DNA of 64,000 nt from Vermamoeba vermiformis (GCA_045837725.1 JBEWZL010000219.1:124001-188000), one strand, 5' to 3'; positions 12,701-25,711 are shown, numbered from the stretch's first letter. Made by a program: numbers and translations. The notes: generated from the sequence alone by a model not told the origin.

Positions 12701-15700
12701 CATGGGCTTGGCGAGCTCACTGGACTCGCGGCCAGGCATGGTGATGGTGTTCCACAAGCGCTGTTGCAGGAGCAGCTGTTGTTGTTCGAGTGCAGTCACG
12801 TGTGCTGCAGGATCACAGGCCTTGGCGAGGTCAATCAGCTGCGCGAACTTGTCCGCACGAATCTCCTTCAGCACCAACTGCACGCCATCGGGACAGTGCG
12901 TGAGGTACTGACTCACTGCACTCAATGCGCGCATTTCCAGCTCTGAGAGCAGCCAGCGGAGGTGCGAGTGCGGCTGTGCGCTGTTGTTGGTGTTGACATT
13001 GTTGTCGGACACTGCACCACTGCCCACCAGCGAGAGATGCGTCTGACTGCCGCGCTTCTTGTGCTCGCGCTTGCGAATGAGTGCCATGAGGTGTGGCAGC
13101 GCGTCTCTCATGATGCTGGAGTAGAACTGCGCGTCCATCACTTGCTCCACGAGTGCCACGAGACACTGCACGGAGAGGCGATGTGGACTGGGGTGCGAGG
13201 TCTCTTCATCGTCAAACACCACTTCAGCCTTGGTGCTCATGTGCGGCTGATACTCCACCACCGTACCGCGACGCTTGCCCTCCAAGTTGGACTTGATCTG
13301 CACCCGACCACCGACGCGAATGTCTTCGTCGAATCCACCCAACACGCAGAGTGCAGCGAGGGCAATGTGGTAGTACTCCATGAGGGCGCTGAGATCGGCA
13401 GGTGAAGCGGTGCTGATGCGTTCATAGAGCTCACTCAGCTTGTTCAGTGCGCTGATCACACCACTGCGCAGTGCATTCAACCACGAGGCCTGACGCGAGG
13501 CACTGAGGGTGCGCAACAGATTGATGTACTCTGCAGCCAGGCCCTCCGCACTGTGTCCATTGACCCAGTAGATCGGATTGTCAGCCAGCTTTTGCTTGTT
13601 CTTGTGCTCCTCTTCGCTCGAGGCACGCACTGCTTGATCACCTGCCACGGGAGCGATGGTGACTGCACCGCCCAGCAGTGTGATGGCTTGCGCGAGTTTG
13701 TTGCACTGATCGAGCGTGCCAGTGCGCAGCTGTGCCGAGCCCGTGGCATTCATCTCCGCGATCACTTCTTGGGCCTTGGACTCGGTGTTCTGCTGCGCCA
13801 GTCGACCGAAGAATGCAGCACCCAGCGCGAGTTGTGGCTGTTGCTGCTGGGGCGGTGGTGCGTTGAAGAAGTCTGCACCGAGGGCATTGACACATGTCTC
13901 TACGAGTCGCTTGTGCCCCAACAGCCAGGTGTTGAGCGACACCACGTACTGCATGTCACGCTTCTTGGCTGCCTGTTCCTCTTCATCGTCAGACTCGCTG
14001 CCCGCAGTGTTCGTAGCTGCACTGCTCTCCACTTGCATCGCATCACTGCTGTCAGCGGCGTTGTTGTTGTTGTTGGCAGTCTTGGCGCGATCGTGGCGCA
14101 CAAACTTGCCGTGGAACAGCCACTTGCCAATCTGCGCGAGACACTTGTCAATCAGCTGCTGCTGTCCCTCGTGTTGCAGCGGCAACAAGCGACGACACAA
14201 GCGCAGCACGAGTCTCTGAGTGCGCGGTGAGGACTGGGCGTGCAACAACGAGAGCAGATTGTCAATGTTCTCCTTGCGCGAGAGTGACTTGAGCCGCGAG
14301 GAGGAGGTGCCGAGCAAGTGCAGCAGTGAGAGCAGCTGATAGCACTGCTCTTCAGTGTCTTCTTCGAGGGGATTGTTGCTGCTCGGACGTGCAGTCAAGT
14401 GCTCGGAGATGCGCTTGAGTTCATCGCACATGAGATCAAAGATCTGATCTTGCAGCTTGGAGATGGCCGAGCGATCGATTATGTGGCCACTCGGATCATC
14501 GCCTTGCAGACTCCAATGCACCACTTGCGTGGCGAGCAGTCTGAATGCAGTCCAAGCGGAGAGGCGCAACATGTTCTGTCGCTTCTGCACCTCTGCGAGT
14601 TCCTCCTCTTCCTCCTGCTTCTCTTTGAGTTCAATGCCGCCACTGCCTGCCATGTTCACCTCTTCGTCGCTCAATCGCACGCGCACGGTCGATGAAGTGC
14701 TCAGCACTGGTCTCTCAGCAATGATCTGACGCAGCAGCGGGAACACACGAGCGCGCATCAAGAGCTGCACGTCAAAGTGTTGATAGGACAGGCCACAGAT
14801 GTTCAGGGCCAGCAGTCGCGAGGTCAGATCTAGCGACGCATCACTCAACAGTGCCGTCATGCGCTCAAACAGTCCTACAAAGGCCTCGCTGACTTGATGC
14901 GAGAGCTCTTCACCGCAGGTCTGTATATTGTCGAGGTAGTGACCCCCTTCAGTGGTGGCCAGAGGTTTGCCGAGTGAGCCGAGCACTTGATGGCGCACGG
15001 AGCCGAAGCTGCATGCACTCAACAACTGCTGCAAGTAATGCAGACCTTGGACGCGCGATCGAGCACGAGTGGTGTGCAGTTTGAATGTGCGCTCGAGCTC
15101 CTTGACGCTGAGTGCGGACATGCAGAACGAGATGACGCCCTGCAGCGGTGAGCGCGGTGGCTCGTCTTTGAGCAGTCGCACCAGTCCGTGCTTGTTGGCC
15201 AGCAGCGCACTGTCCTGCCACTCCTTCCAGCTCTTGTACGCCTGCAGCCACTTGCGCAGTGCTTTGACGCGCTGACTGAAGTCTTTGTTCTTCTGCTCCT
15301 CGTGTGCGCGCTGTCGCTCCTTGGCGAGCGTGGCGTCAGTCTGCGGCAACAGCATGGAGCGCGAGAGACTCTGCTGCTGACTCAACTCGTTCTCGTCGCG
15401 CGAGGGCACGCGTTGACTGGCACGCAGCGCATGGGCCTTGTGATCGCGTGGTCCAGCGAATGGATTGGCACTGTCTGCGGAGGGTGATCGCACGCGTCGC
15501 ATGGCAGGCACGACACGCAACAAGAGACGTGCGCGCTCAATGACGGGTGTGGCAATCACTTCGTAGGGGTTCTGAGGGACAGCAGCATTGTCTAGCTGCA
15601 TGGCATTCGCATCAGCAGGGGTGCTAGCACTGATCTCCTCTTGCAACTTGTTCCACAAGCGCTTGACGGTCTCATTCGTGTCCATCAGATCGAACTCCAC

Positions 15701-18700
15701 GGCCTTGAGCTCGCACAGCTCCATCAGACGCTGTTGATCTTGACGGAAGCCATCGAACACGGAGGTATCGTTCGGCTTCTCTTGCACGGCAATCTGCCAC
15801 TCTTTCTGCATCTGACCGCGACGCATCAACCACGACACGACTTGCTGCGACTTCTTGCTGATCAGCTGCAGCTTGCCCTGTGTGTCTGCAGTGGGCTCTT
15901 TGCCCTCCAACAACAGCTGCACGGTTTGTTGTGCCTCAGCCATCAGTCCCATCTGCTTCAAGATGGCGGCAATGATCACGCGCTCAGCACGCTCCAGCGG
16001 TTTCTTCGCGAGGGGCGGCAACATGGCGCGTCCCTTGTTGGTCTTGATCCACTCGTACAGCTTGCTGGCGGGCAGTTGTTCGTCGATGAACTGCTCGATG
16101 AAGGACTGCACAGTGGCCGCACTGCCCTCTTCCAGTCCACCGTTCAGCAGACGTGTCTCCAGCCAGGGCTGCAAGCTCTTCTCGCGCTCACTGAGGGCCT
16201 CGCCTTCAATCAGCGTGGCCGCGCACTTGGCCGCGAGCAGTGTGATGCTGTTCTCGAGCTCCAGCAGCCAGTGCGAGATGATGGCTGGTCCTCCACCCAC
16301 AGCACTGCCCGACACCTCGCTCACAATGCACTTGAAGCCCCAGCGCTGCGGCTGTGCGGCGTTGTTGGGATCAGGACGCGTGCTGGCATTGAACACAAAA
16401 GTGAGGGTGTCGCCCTTGATGACAATGCTCTGCTTGGGGAAGTTGTTGCCGCTGAAGAAGAGTGGTGCCCCGTCCTTGAGCACGGGTCTGTCGAGCTTGG
16501 GCGATGCAAACAACTGCAGCACATCGCTCGTGGGACTCATCGTGCGACTGCGCGGATCAAAGCGAATGCTGAGTGCTGCTGCGCCAGGGATCGCCACCGT
16601 CTCTTTGAACTGATTCTTGCCGTGCGGATAAGGGTGCTTGGTCTCGATGATGATGCGCTTGTCTTTCTTGTTGGACAAGCGACGCAAGTAGCGCTGATCG
16701 GCGGCAGTGGCTGCAGACACATGTCGACACATGTTGTCGAGCTGTTTGATGAGGGGAATCAGCTTGGGCACCACACCGGACACGAGCTGCGTGTCCTTGA
16801 CGTGCACGGGACGACACAGCGCAGTCACCATGCTGGGCAACACCACGCCGAGCAGTGAGCAGCGCAGTGTGGCATCGCTCCACTCACTGGTGCCCGCAGC
16901 GAGCAGTGCAGTGACGAGATGTGTGCACTGATCCAGCACCGCATCGCAGTACTCCAGGGTGACTTGACGGCCCCAGGTGTTGAGCAACACTTCGCGCTGC
17001 AAGGAGAGCAACAGCTTGACTGCAGGGCTGAGCAACAGTTCCGCGCGGTGCGGCTGTGCGAGCTGTTGCTGCACCTGTTTGGCGGTGTGCGCGATCAACT
17101 GCGACAACAACTTGCTGGCCAGTGGGTGTGGCGTGAGTGTGGACTGCGCGAGTTCTTTGGTCTTGGTGCTCTCTTTGAGCGCGGTACTGCTCTCTTTGAC
17201 GGCATCGTCGGTCAACACATCGCCCACACGATACCACTCGGAGAGCGCGAGCACGAGTTGATGGCACAGTTGACGACTGCCCTCGCTGCTGGCACTGAGT
17301 AGTGCGAGACAGCACTCAATCTGCGCGGATGAAGTCGGGTAGAAGAAGATGAAGCCTGTCACCAGCACATTCATCGCTTCCTCGCGCACTTGATGGCGCA
17401 GTGCTGACACCACGACCTGATCGTCATCTACAAATCTTTGCAACAATTCACGCAAGGTGGTGGCAATGGACTTCATGTCTGTGCGATTCAGTCAGCCAGA
17501 TGTGTCGTATCGATACAATAACAGGAGTACTCACCGAGGTGCGCAGTTTCAAAGCACTTGTTCAAGTCGCGCTCGTGTGTAATCAGCTCGTGCATGTTCA
17601 CGCGCAACAGTCGCAAGCAAGCGAGCAGCGTGTAGCTCATCATCTCAGGATTGAGCTTCATGCACTCGAGGCTGTGTTGCACGATGGATTGCAACAGTTT
17701 GATCACGTGGGGCGAAGACTGCACGGTGAAGTAGTACTGCGAATCATCTTCGTCGTCTGAAATTCATTTGACACGTGTCAATCACCGTCATCAATCGCGT
17801 GTCACCAAGTGTCACTTACCGTCCAGCTCCGTGTCTGTGATGCGTGTCACGTGATAAGCAGGGTGTTGACGCGCGAGTCTGTTCATGTGTGACAGCAGCA
17901 CGAGCAATGTATTCAGCGCGGAAAAACTGTCACGTGGCTTGCCAGCGAGTTCAAGCTTGTATTCCTCGCGACTCAAGACCTCTTCAGGCGAGTACTTGAC
18001 GAGGGTGGAGTGCTCCGCGGACTCGTGCACGCAGGGTGGACTGAGATCGATCCAAGACACCACGCGCTTGTTGGAGGGCAAGTAGCTCCACACGCGACGA
18101 TGGAGTGTGTCGTAGTTGAGTGTCAGACCCCAGGGCTCGTTGTTGATCGGCACTTCGGCGATGTACTTGCCGTCTTGCAGCGAGAACAAGCGCGCACGAT
18201 TGAGCACGGCATTGTTCGGGATCACCATGCTGGCAGCACCAGTGCCCTTGCGTTGTGCAGTGAGCTGTGGCCCCAGCAACACGAGCTCTGCACCGTTCGT
18301 GTAGACCAGCGATCGCTCCCACACACTGGACACGCTCTGTGCGGGCTCACTTGTCTTCAGTTCAAAGCGACGCACGAGTGCTGCTGCACCGTCAATCAGC
18401 GCGTGATCTGTCGCACGCCATTGCGCGCAGTCGTATTGTTCGACATGCACCGTGCCGTCACTCGTACTAGCGCGCACGGGCTCAGCGGGCACGGGTGATG
18501 CATCATCTTCAGCCTGTTCATCGACCTCTTGTTGCTCCCACGCTGCTGGCTCTTGATCCTCTGCGGGCTCATTGCCCTCATTGTCCGAGTTGTCATCTTC
18601 GTCGTTCTCGGGCTCATCGTCTTCATCGCTGCCCGATTCAGAGCTCGATTCCTCGTCTTGTCGTGTCATGGCAGCACGTTGTTCTTCGTTGCGCACACTG

Positions 18701-20438
18701 CTCGCACTCGTGGCTGGCTGCAGTGCGGTGCTGGCGTTGACTGCGCGGCTGTCTTTCTTCTTGCCGAGCAGATACAGATAGCGGCCATCGCTGATCAGCA
18801 CGGCATTGGCTGGATCAATCAGCGAGTTGTTGAGCTGCACGCGACACGACTCCTCCAGCGTGTTGCTCGTGAGCTGTGCGAGAGTGGGCCAGAGCGGTGC
18901 CTTGTTCACAGCCTCGCTGACAGCGTTGACACTCTCGTCAGTCTCGTGCGGGGACTCGTCGTTGTTGCTCGCTGCAGGACTGGGCATCAACGTGCTCGAG
19001 AAGTACCACACAGCGTCCTGCACACTGGCGAGGGAGGTGTTGTTGTCGGCAGTGCGATAGTCGTTGCGCGAGTGATAGATGTGACCGCGAATGGTGCCCA
19101 TGAGTCCCGTGCCAATCTTGAACAGACCTTGATTGGTCTCGTGCAGATACAAATAGGCCCCGTCAGTGGCCAGGGCTGCAGTGCGGTGATCGCTCACCAG
19201 GGCAATGCCATTCACTGCTTGTGAGGCCACGAGTTGTTGCGCGGCCTTGTTCAAGTTGAATGTGCTCTGTGACTCGGCAGTGGTGTTGAGCTGCGTGTCA
19301 ATGTACCACGTGCTCTCCAAGCCGCGCTCAGTCATCACGGCGTGCTCTTGATCGCGCTTGTATTCGTCGAGCTGCTTCAAGAATGTGCCGATCTTCAGTC
19401 CCACTTCGACGTCACGCATCGCACTCTCATCGCTGACACCGCGTTAGTGCATTGTTACGACCAGTAGTAGTAGGACTCACCTGAGAGCAGTGCGCTTGAC
19501 AATGTTGAACAAGACGTCAATCACGCGCAACAAGTAGTGTGCCTCACCGCGCGACACGGCGAGACCAATCAGCGCGGTCACAGCTTGTGCCTTGTAGTCT
19601 GCATCCACGCGGTACTCGTAGTCGCGTATGAGGCGATGAATGAACTCGTTGAATGCATCGAGACAGTCCTGCGGCTCGTCTCTGAGTGCGAGGGGCGGCA
19701 GCGCACTGATGACACTGATGATCATGTCCAGCGTCTGCTTGCACAGCTGTTGATATTGCACGCCGGGCACGCGACTCAGCGACTCCAGCAGTGGAAACAA
19801 GGTCAACACACCCAAGCGCACCACGACAGGCACTGTTTGACCCTCGTGTTCGGGCAGTACGCGAGTTCCATGCGCAGGCTTGGCGCGCTTTTTGCGCAGC
19901 TTGTCCCGCATGTAGGCAGCGTGGAGATACTTCTGCACGCGCAATCGCTTCTTGAGGGCATTCTCGAACGAGGACGACGAGTCACTCGATACTGCACAGG
20001 CACTCAACAGCTCTTTGGTCCACTGACTGATGGCCTTCTTGTTGAACTGTTGTCGATCCACATCTACAAGACCAACAAGTTTGTAGGCTAAATCATGATC
20101 CTAAAAATATGTTAATATATTAATACTTAGAATAGCTCGTGCAGCTTCTATTGGTTGATTACAATTCCGAAAAAAATGAATTTCTGTTTGAAAAAATAAA
20201 AAATTACAGAAAATATGGAAAGTCAATTTCCTTCACTGCCGTCATATTATACCTGTTTTTCTTTATCGCGCTTAGACTTTTTAGATGCATCTTGTTGCTT
20301 GTCTTGCTCGTCTTCATTTTTGGATTCATCCAGATCATTATACTTTATATCTACAATTCCTTCATTAAACAATAGGCTCTCTTCTTTAATAACTAGCCAT
20401 TGTTGATCTAATTCCTGTTCTAGACCTGGCTGGCTCAT
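6714..20438 (-). CDS. Giant (~4400 aa) HECT E3 ubiquitin ligase, HECTD4-like, with SPRY, UBA and UIM-like motifs
   Basis: Exons approx. 20438-20253, 20100-19481, 19432-17820, 17756-17535, 17478-10611 and 10557-6714 join in frame at GT-AG sites. C-terminal HECT ('FKGEHVEGEGGPYRQ', 'FPKADTCFFNLMLPEYS'). SPRY ('YYFEVTI...ISIG...VIGCG...IYFTMDGEDLG'). UBA ('LIGMGYDMKKARKAL...AVMWLLEN'). N-terminal 'ATDGAYLY...LFKIGTG..GT..GHIY'. Confidence 0.88.
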
Positions 20439-20850
20439 TTTACTTGAGCTAAGTCAGATGTGAGAACTTCTCTGAAAGTGATTTTGTTTAAAGTAAGACT
20501 CGTACACGTAGAGAAATACTACACGAAGTGATTAAATACAAAGGTTATATATAGAAGAAGTATTTCTCTTTGTGTGGTCTTCCTCAAGTATTTGGTAACA
20601 AAAAAAATAGAACTGTCAGTGTCAGTCTTTGTCTGCGACCAATAAGGAGCTGTTACTTAGGGTCATTTTGCATGGTATTAACATTCGCACGGGAATTTAT
20701 TTCCCCGAACTAGGTATTCGGAGCTATTCACAAAATTGGACAGTTGGTCCGGTGGGTTGATACATCAATAATGATAATTACAGTTGACTGATCGCAGTGC
20801 AATTGTATATAGCGAGAGTTGATTATACACAGTGTGGTTGAGGTCAGTGC

Positions 20851-22052
20851 TCAATTGGTGCTCTTCTTCTTGTCCGCACCCAAGATATGTTTCATGTACT
20901 CGTACGTGGACCAGCAGATGCCAGCAGACATGGAGTGAAACACCATGCGTGGCACTACTCCGCGTGAATAGCCTGCCCAGCCCTCTTCGCGCCATATCGT
21001 CTTGAGCGCATCCACCATGCCGTGGTACATCTTGCCCACGTCACCTTGTGTCTGCAAGCGTGTCTTGGCGACATCGAGCGGATTGGACAGTGCTGCCGCC
21101 GTCACTCCCGCACCACCACCTGCCAGTACGTGCGCGAGGGGGTCGTACGCATCGGGATCTGACTTGAAAAATCGACGCAGTGTCTCGTAAGTGGCAAAGT
21201 AGACAAAGTTGTAGGGCACATTCATGGTGAGGGTGGTGGTGTAGCCAGCGTAGAGTGCACCGACACCTTCGCTCTTGATCACGCGCTGAATGCAGTCAAT
21301 GTTGCCCTTGTACGGTATCAGTGACAGCTGTCGCTTCTGTTTCACTGCATCCATCGGCACCAACACGGCATCACTCATCAGCTAGCGAGAGCAGCAATGT
21401 CAATACGGACTGCATGGTATTCGTGTGCAGCAAGGGACTTACCGTGGCCAATATACCCGCAGAGCCTGTCTGCACGAATTGATAGGGATTTTCTTTGTCA
21501 CCACCAAACTTCTTTTTGAAGAATTCGTAGCCAGTGAAGTATATCGCATGGGCTGGCGCTATTAATAACAACAGTTTGGGTTAGTAAATTGACGTGTAAT
21601 GAGGGAACCAGTCAAACACCGAAAATTGGTAATTCACATGAGTTATCGCTAAATTACAGTACTGAAGGTACTATAATAAATGGGACTAACAAAAATAATT
21701 ATTAAATTATGGTAATTTTTGAGACGAGCTAGATCTAGATCACATATATTTACCTGCACCAATAGCCACAGCTGTAACACCCCTAAATAACCCCAAAAAG
21801 CCGCGCTCTCTGATTACTTGGCGAGTGGTTTCAGTAACGCCCAAGTACGGCTGGTTCGCTCGATGTGCTTGTACGTGAGTCTGTCAAACCGCAAAATTTA
21901 GTAAAAAATGCGAAAAATATTATCTAAGCAAAGGCAAGTACTTTGATAGTGTCCACGGGGTACATGCCACAATGTTCGATAGTACCCGCCGTCGCTCCTG
22001 CGATCAGATGCACCACTGAGGATGAAACTTCACTATCGTCAATCTCAGCCAT
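20851..22052 (-). CDS. Mitochondrial carrier, mitoferrin (Mrs3/4, SLC25A37/28-like)
   Basis: 'HLIAGATAGTIEHCGMYPVDTIKTH', 'APAHAIYFTGYE', 'YAGYTTTLTMNVPY', 'NPLDVAKTRLQT'. The carrier repeats carry the mitoferrin-typical EH and PAHA motifs. Confidence 0.88.
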
Positions 22053-22261
22053 CGTCGTAGTATAACTAGGCACAAAGCAAAATTAACGGATCCCAAACCA
22101 AACCGTACAGCCGCAGAAACCACGCGACATGAAATCTCGTTGTTTTGCCTATTATAGAAGTCTGACCTTTGCACAGGCGAGACTCTCGCCTTTTTCGTTG
22201 ATTGGACGAAAAATTTTTCAGCACTCCAACTCGTAATTCAAATTAAGCACACTGCAACAAT

Positions 22262-23355
22262 ATGCAAGAAACTGGTGGATTCAATTTTGATAACGTTAGA
22301 AGGTTCGTTATTCCCTGATTCTGCACTCAGGTGGATTTGACAAATAATTAATGTTTATTTGTTTTAGAAATACCTTTTTGGAGCAAAGCGGATATAAAGC
22401 TCCCAAAGCAACTAAGACGGGTACTACTATCGTTGGATTAATTTACAAGGTATTTAGGGCGGTGCTAAAATTAAAGAAAAAATTTTCAAATTATTTGTCA
22501 ATTAGGATGGCATTGTCTTAGGAGCTGATACTCGAGCGACAGAAGGATCGATTGTAGCAGATAAAAAATGCGAGAAGATTCACTATATTGCACCTAATAT
22601 TTGGTGTTGCGGTGCTGGTACTGCTGCGGATACAGAGAACGTGACTGGTACGTATGAAGAATGATGCGAGTTATATACTATCGAGCCTATAATCGCGTTA
22701 GAGCTGCAAATAGACCTGCCACACCGAGTCTTATTAACCATCTCTCCCTATTCTAGCGCTGATCAGCTCGCAGTTAGCGCTGCACAGACTGGCAGTGGGC
22801 CGTCAATCGCGCGTGGACACAGCGATGACCATGTTGAAGCAGATGTTGTTCAAGTATCAGGGTCACATCAGTGCCGCACTCATTCTCGGCGGTGTAGACC
22901 ACACAGGCCCCTCGCTGTACACCATCTATCCGCACGGCAGTGTCGACTCCTTGCCCTACGTCACCATGGGCTCGGGCTCACTCGCTGCCATGGCCGTGTT
23001 CGAGGCCGAGTTCAGACCCGACTTGGAGCTCGAGGACGCCAAGCAGCTGGTGTGTCGCGCAGTGGAAGCAGGTATCTACAACGACTTGGGCTCCGGTGGC
23101 AATGTGGACTTGGTGGTGATCACGCGTCAGGGCACGGAACAATTCAAGCCGTTCAAAGCGGACAACTCGCGCTTGTATCGTGCGGGCAATTACTCGTTCA
23201 AGCCTGGCACCACACGTATGTAACGCGTGCTCTAAGCTGTGCGATGTGTATGCGTACTAATGCACTTGTTTGATGTAGCGGTGTTGAAGACAGAAATTGT
23301 GTCGATTGACAAATTAGTGGTCACATCCACTCAAGTGACACCCATGGAGATTTAG
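22262..23355 (+). CDS. PSMB7: 20S proteasome subunit beta-2 (Pup1/PSMB7)
   Basis: Propeptide '[11 protein letters not shown]', cleavage 'KTG|TTIVG', '[19 protein letters not shown]', 'CCGAGTAAD', 'MGSGSLAAM', 'GIYNDLGSG'. Confidence 0.95.
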
Positions 23356-23588
23356 AGAAGCTCTATGCCCAACAACAACCCTTGTATTTACTGTATTAAA
23401 GTAATCACCAACCCCCTCTCGCAGCGTACAATCTTGTTGGACCTCGTTCACTGAAAATCAGGGCCGATTTGTCAAATCAACATTATGCTCAGTCGGTTAG
23501 TTTCATACATGCTGCGTCAAGTGAACACCACAACCACAAATTTATTTACCACAATACTACTGGTGTATGTATCTTCACACAGATATAT

Positions 23589-24393
23589 ATGCAGATTAAT
23601 TTAGAGCCCATTACCGTGCATGACCGCACATTCCTCGTGGTGCGGGACGATCTCGTTCTCGGGGGCTCTAAAAGTCGTGCTCTGCAGCCACTAATACGCA
23701 ATCATCCTGATATTACCGAATATGTATATGCAGGACCTACTACTGGTCACGCTCAAATCGCATTAGCGTTGAACTGCGCGCAACAAGGCAAACGAGCGCG
23801 CATCTTTTGCGTCGGTCCTTTAACACCGATCCAGACCTTCATTCGCGCGCAGCCAGGTGTGACAGTCGTCCACCGCGAATATGCGTCGCTTAAAAAGGTG
23901 CAGCGCATGGCTGAGGAATATTGTCAGAAGCAAGATCAGTCTGTCTTTCTAGTGCCCTTCGGATTTGACTTCCCCGAGTTCCGACAATTGTTAGAAGGTA
24001 ATTATCTAGTGTTAATAATTGGGTACCTGGTGATAACCTCGATTGATAGAGAACATTCAACAGAACATGCCACTAGCACTGCGGATCAGTCCACCGAAGC
24101 GTGTCTGGGTAGTAGCGGGCTCAGGCACATTACTAAGCATATTATACAGAGTATTTCCGACTTCTCAATTTGGTGTAGTGCAAGTCGGCAAAAAGATTTG
24201 GCCTGATCAGCTCGAACTAGATCGCACTCAATTATACGTCGCCGAAGAGAAGTTTTTCGAAGTGAGCAAACAACCACCACCGTACCCCAGTGTTGCAACA
24301 TATGACGCAAAAGTTTGGCAGTTTGTTCTGCAGCACGGCGAGAACGGAGACCTAGTGTGGAATGTCGCAGCTGATTTGCCGGGCCACGGTTAG
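23589..24393 (+). CDS. Small (~250 aa) fold-type-II PLP-dependent enzyme (D-cysteine desulfhydrase/ACC-deaminase-like fold), one intron 23998-24049
   Basis: Exons 23589-23997 and 24050-24393 total 753 nt and join in frame. Motifs 'VVRDDLVLGGSKSRAL' (RDD..GG.K Schiff-base Lys), 'VAGSGTL' (phosphate-binding Gly loop), 'SVATYDAKVW', 'LVWNVA'. Confidence 0.75.
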
Positions 24394-24928
24394 CACTGCA
24401 CTGGCATTATGCTGGTGGACGATGTTGTGGTGCACTTGGACCATTTGGAACGCGAACCATTGTGAGAGAGACGTAATGACAGAAGAAGCGCAGTCAGCTT
24501 TACTTTACCATGAGTTTCATTAATTAATAAAACGAAGTGTAACGGGACACTTTCAAAGGTGCAGTTTATATATATATATTTGGCACGCTACTCCATCTGC
24601 GAGTCTCACTATTACAATACGTGTAGATTGTTTCTGGTTTGCCACAGCAGCGCCTGGAGGCCGCAAAATAGGAACGAAAGCTTGGTATACAGGATGCACA
24701 CCAAATCTTTGTTTGGATTCCCAGAACTACTTCTACCAGGATAGAGGAGCCCCATGCTGGCAGCGTGTAGCTGAGAGGCGCAGTTGCAACACAAAAGCGT
24801 TGTTGATGCTGTTTTTCCCGTTCCGAGATTTTTTCCCGATGTTATCACAGAACTTCTGTTAGGACGCCAGCCTGCCGCACCTCCACCACACATCTATCTA
24901 TGGTTGCTTCGATCCATCCCTGAGGAAG

Positions 24929-25580
24929 TGGCGGACGTCCCGTCCGGCAAAAATTGGACGTCCGCCACGGACATTGCGTCCGCCGACCATACATCATATA
25001 GTATGAAGATTTTAACAAGATTTCTATATGCCATGGATATGATTAAGCATATCCCTTCATTATAACAAGGTCTGCCACCATACTGGACAAAGTTACAACA
25101 TAAAAAAGTATAGATGATTCAAAAAAATTTTCATAGCTAGGTGACTATGTATTGTAGCCAAAGTTCAGGGTTGCATAAAATACGTATAGTTGTGTTGTAC
25201 CAAACATGTGCTGGTGGGTGGGTTCATACTTAATGCTGAAAATTTACAAATTGCTGCCACTACAATATCTTTGATGATTACTTATATTTTCTTGTTAGAA
25301 AGTGATAGATCTAGGTGTTTCCAAAGTTTCAATGGCATTGCAGCATATAGAACAAAGTTCTAGTACTTAAGTTCTTTGCAGAACATTGCCATTTTCAGCC
25401 TCTGGCGTTTAGCCCAAAGCCTCCTGATGCCAATAGTAGTGCTTCTTGGGTCCACTAATGCTAATGGCAAAGTTTGGTATAAGTTGGTAAATTACTAACA
25501 TCAGCGGATGCAGCGTGACCTTGGACGGACGCAATGTCCACGGACGGACGAAAAATTTTTGGTGGACGGGACGTCCGCCA
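24929..25580. mobile_element. Non-autonomous TIR element (MITE-like), ~650 bp
   Basis: Imperfect ~54-bp terminal inverted repeats: 24929-24982 (tggcggacgtcccgtcc...ggacattgcgtccg) versus the reverse complement of 25526-25580. AT-rich non-coding interior. No clear TSD or transposase. Confidence 0.6.
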
Positions 25581-25646
25581 GTGGATAGCTATGTGACACA
25601 TTAAAGCCTATTTTCGTGTAGCATAACTTTTAGTTGTATTCCTCAC

Positions 25647-25711
25647 GCACTGATTGTTGATGATTACCAACATCTGTATACAGTCCCAGGTTCAATTCCT
25701 GCAATCTGCCA
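25647..25711 (+). pseudogene. tRNA-like 3' fragment (T-arm/B-box)
   Basis: 'caggttcaattcctg' forms a T-stem-loop with GGTTCAATTCC, followed by 'caatctgcca'. No convincing D or anticodon arm. Confidence 0.25.

Noticed and set aside
20101-20252. Apparent extra micro-exon or frameshift near the start of the HECT gene
   Set aside because: A single intron 20252-20101 (CAG|GTATAA...TTTTAG|GAT CAT GAT) joins exons 1 and 2 in frame.
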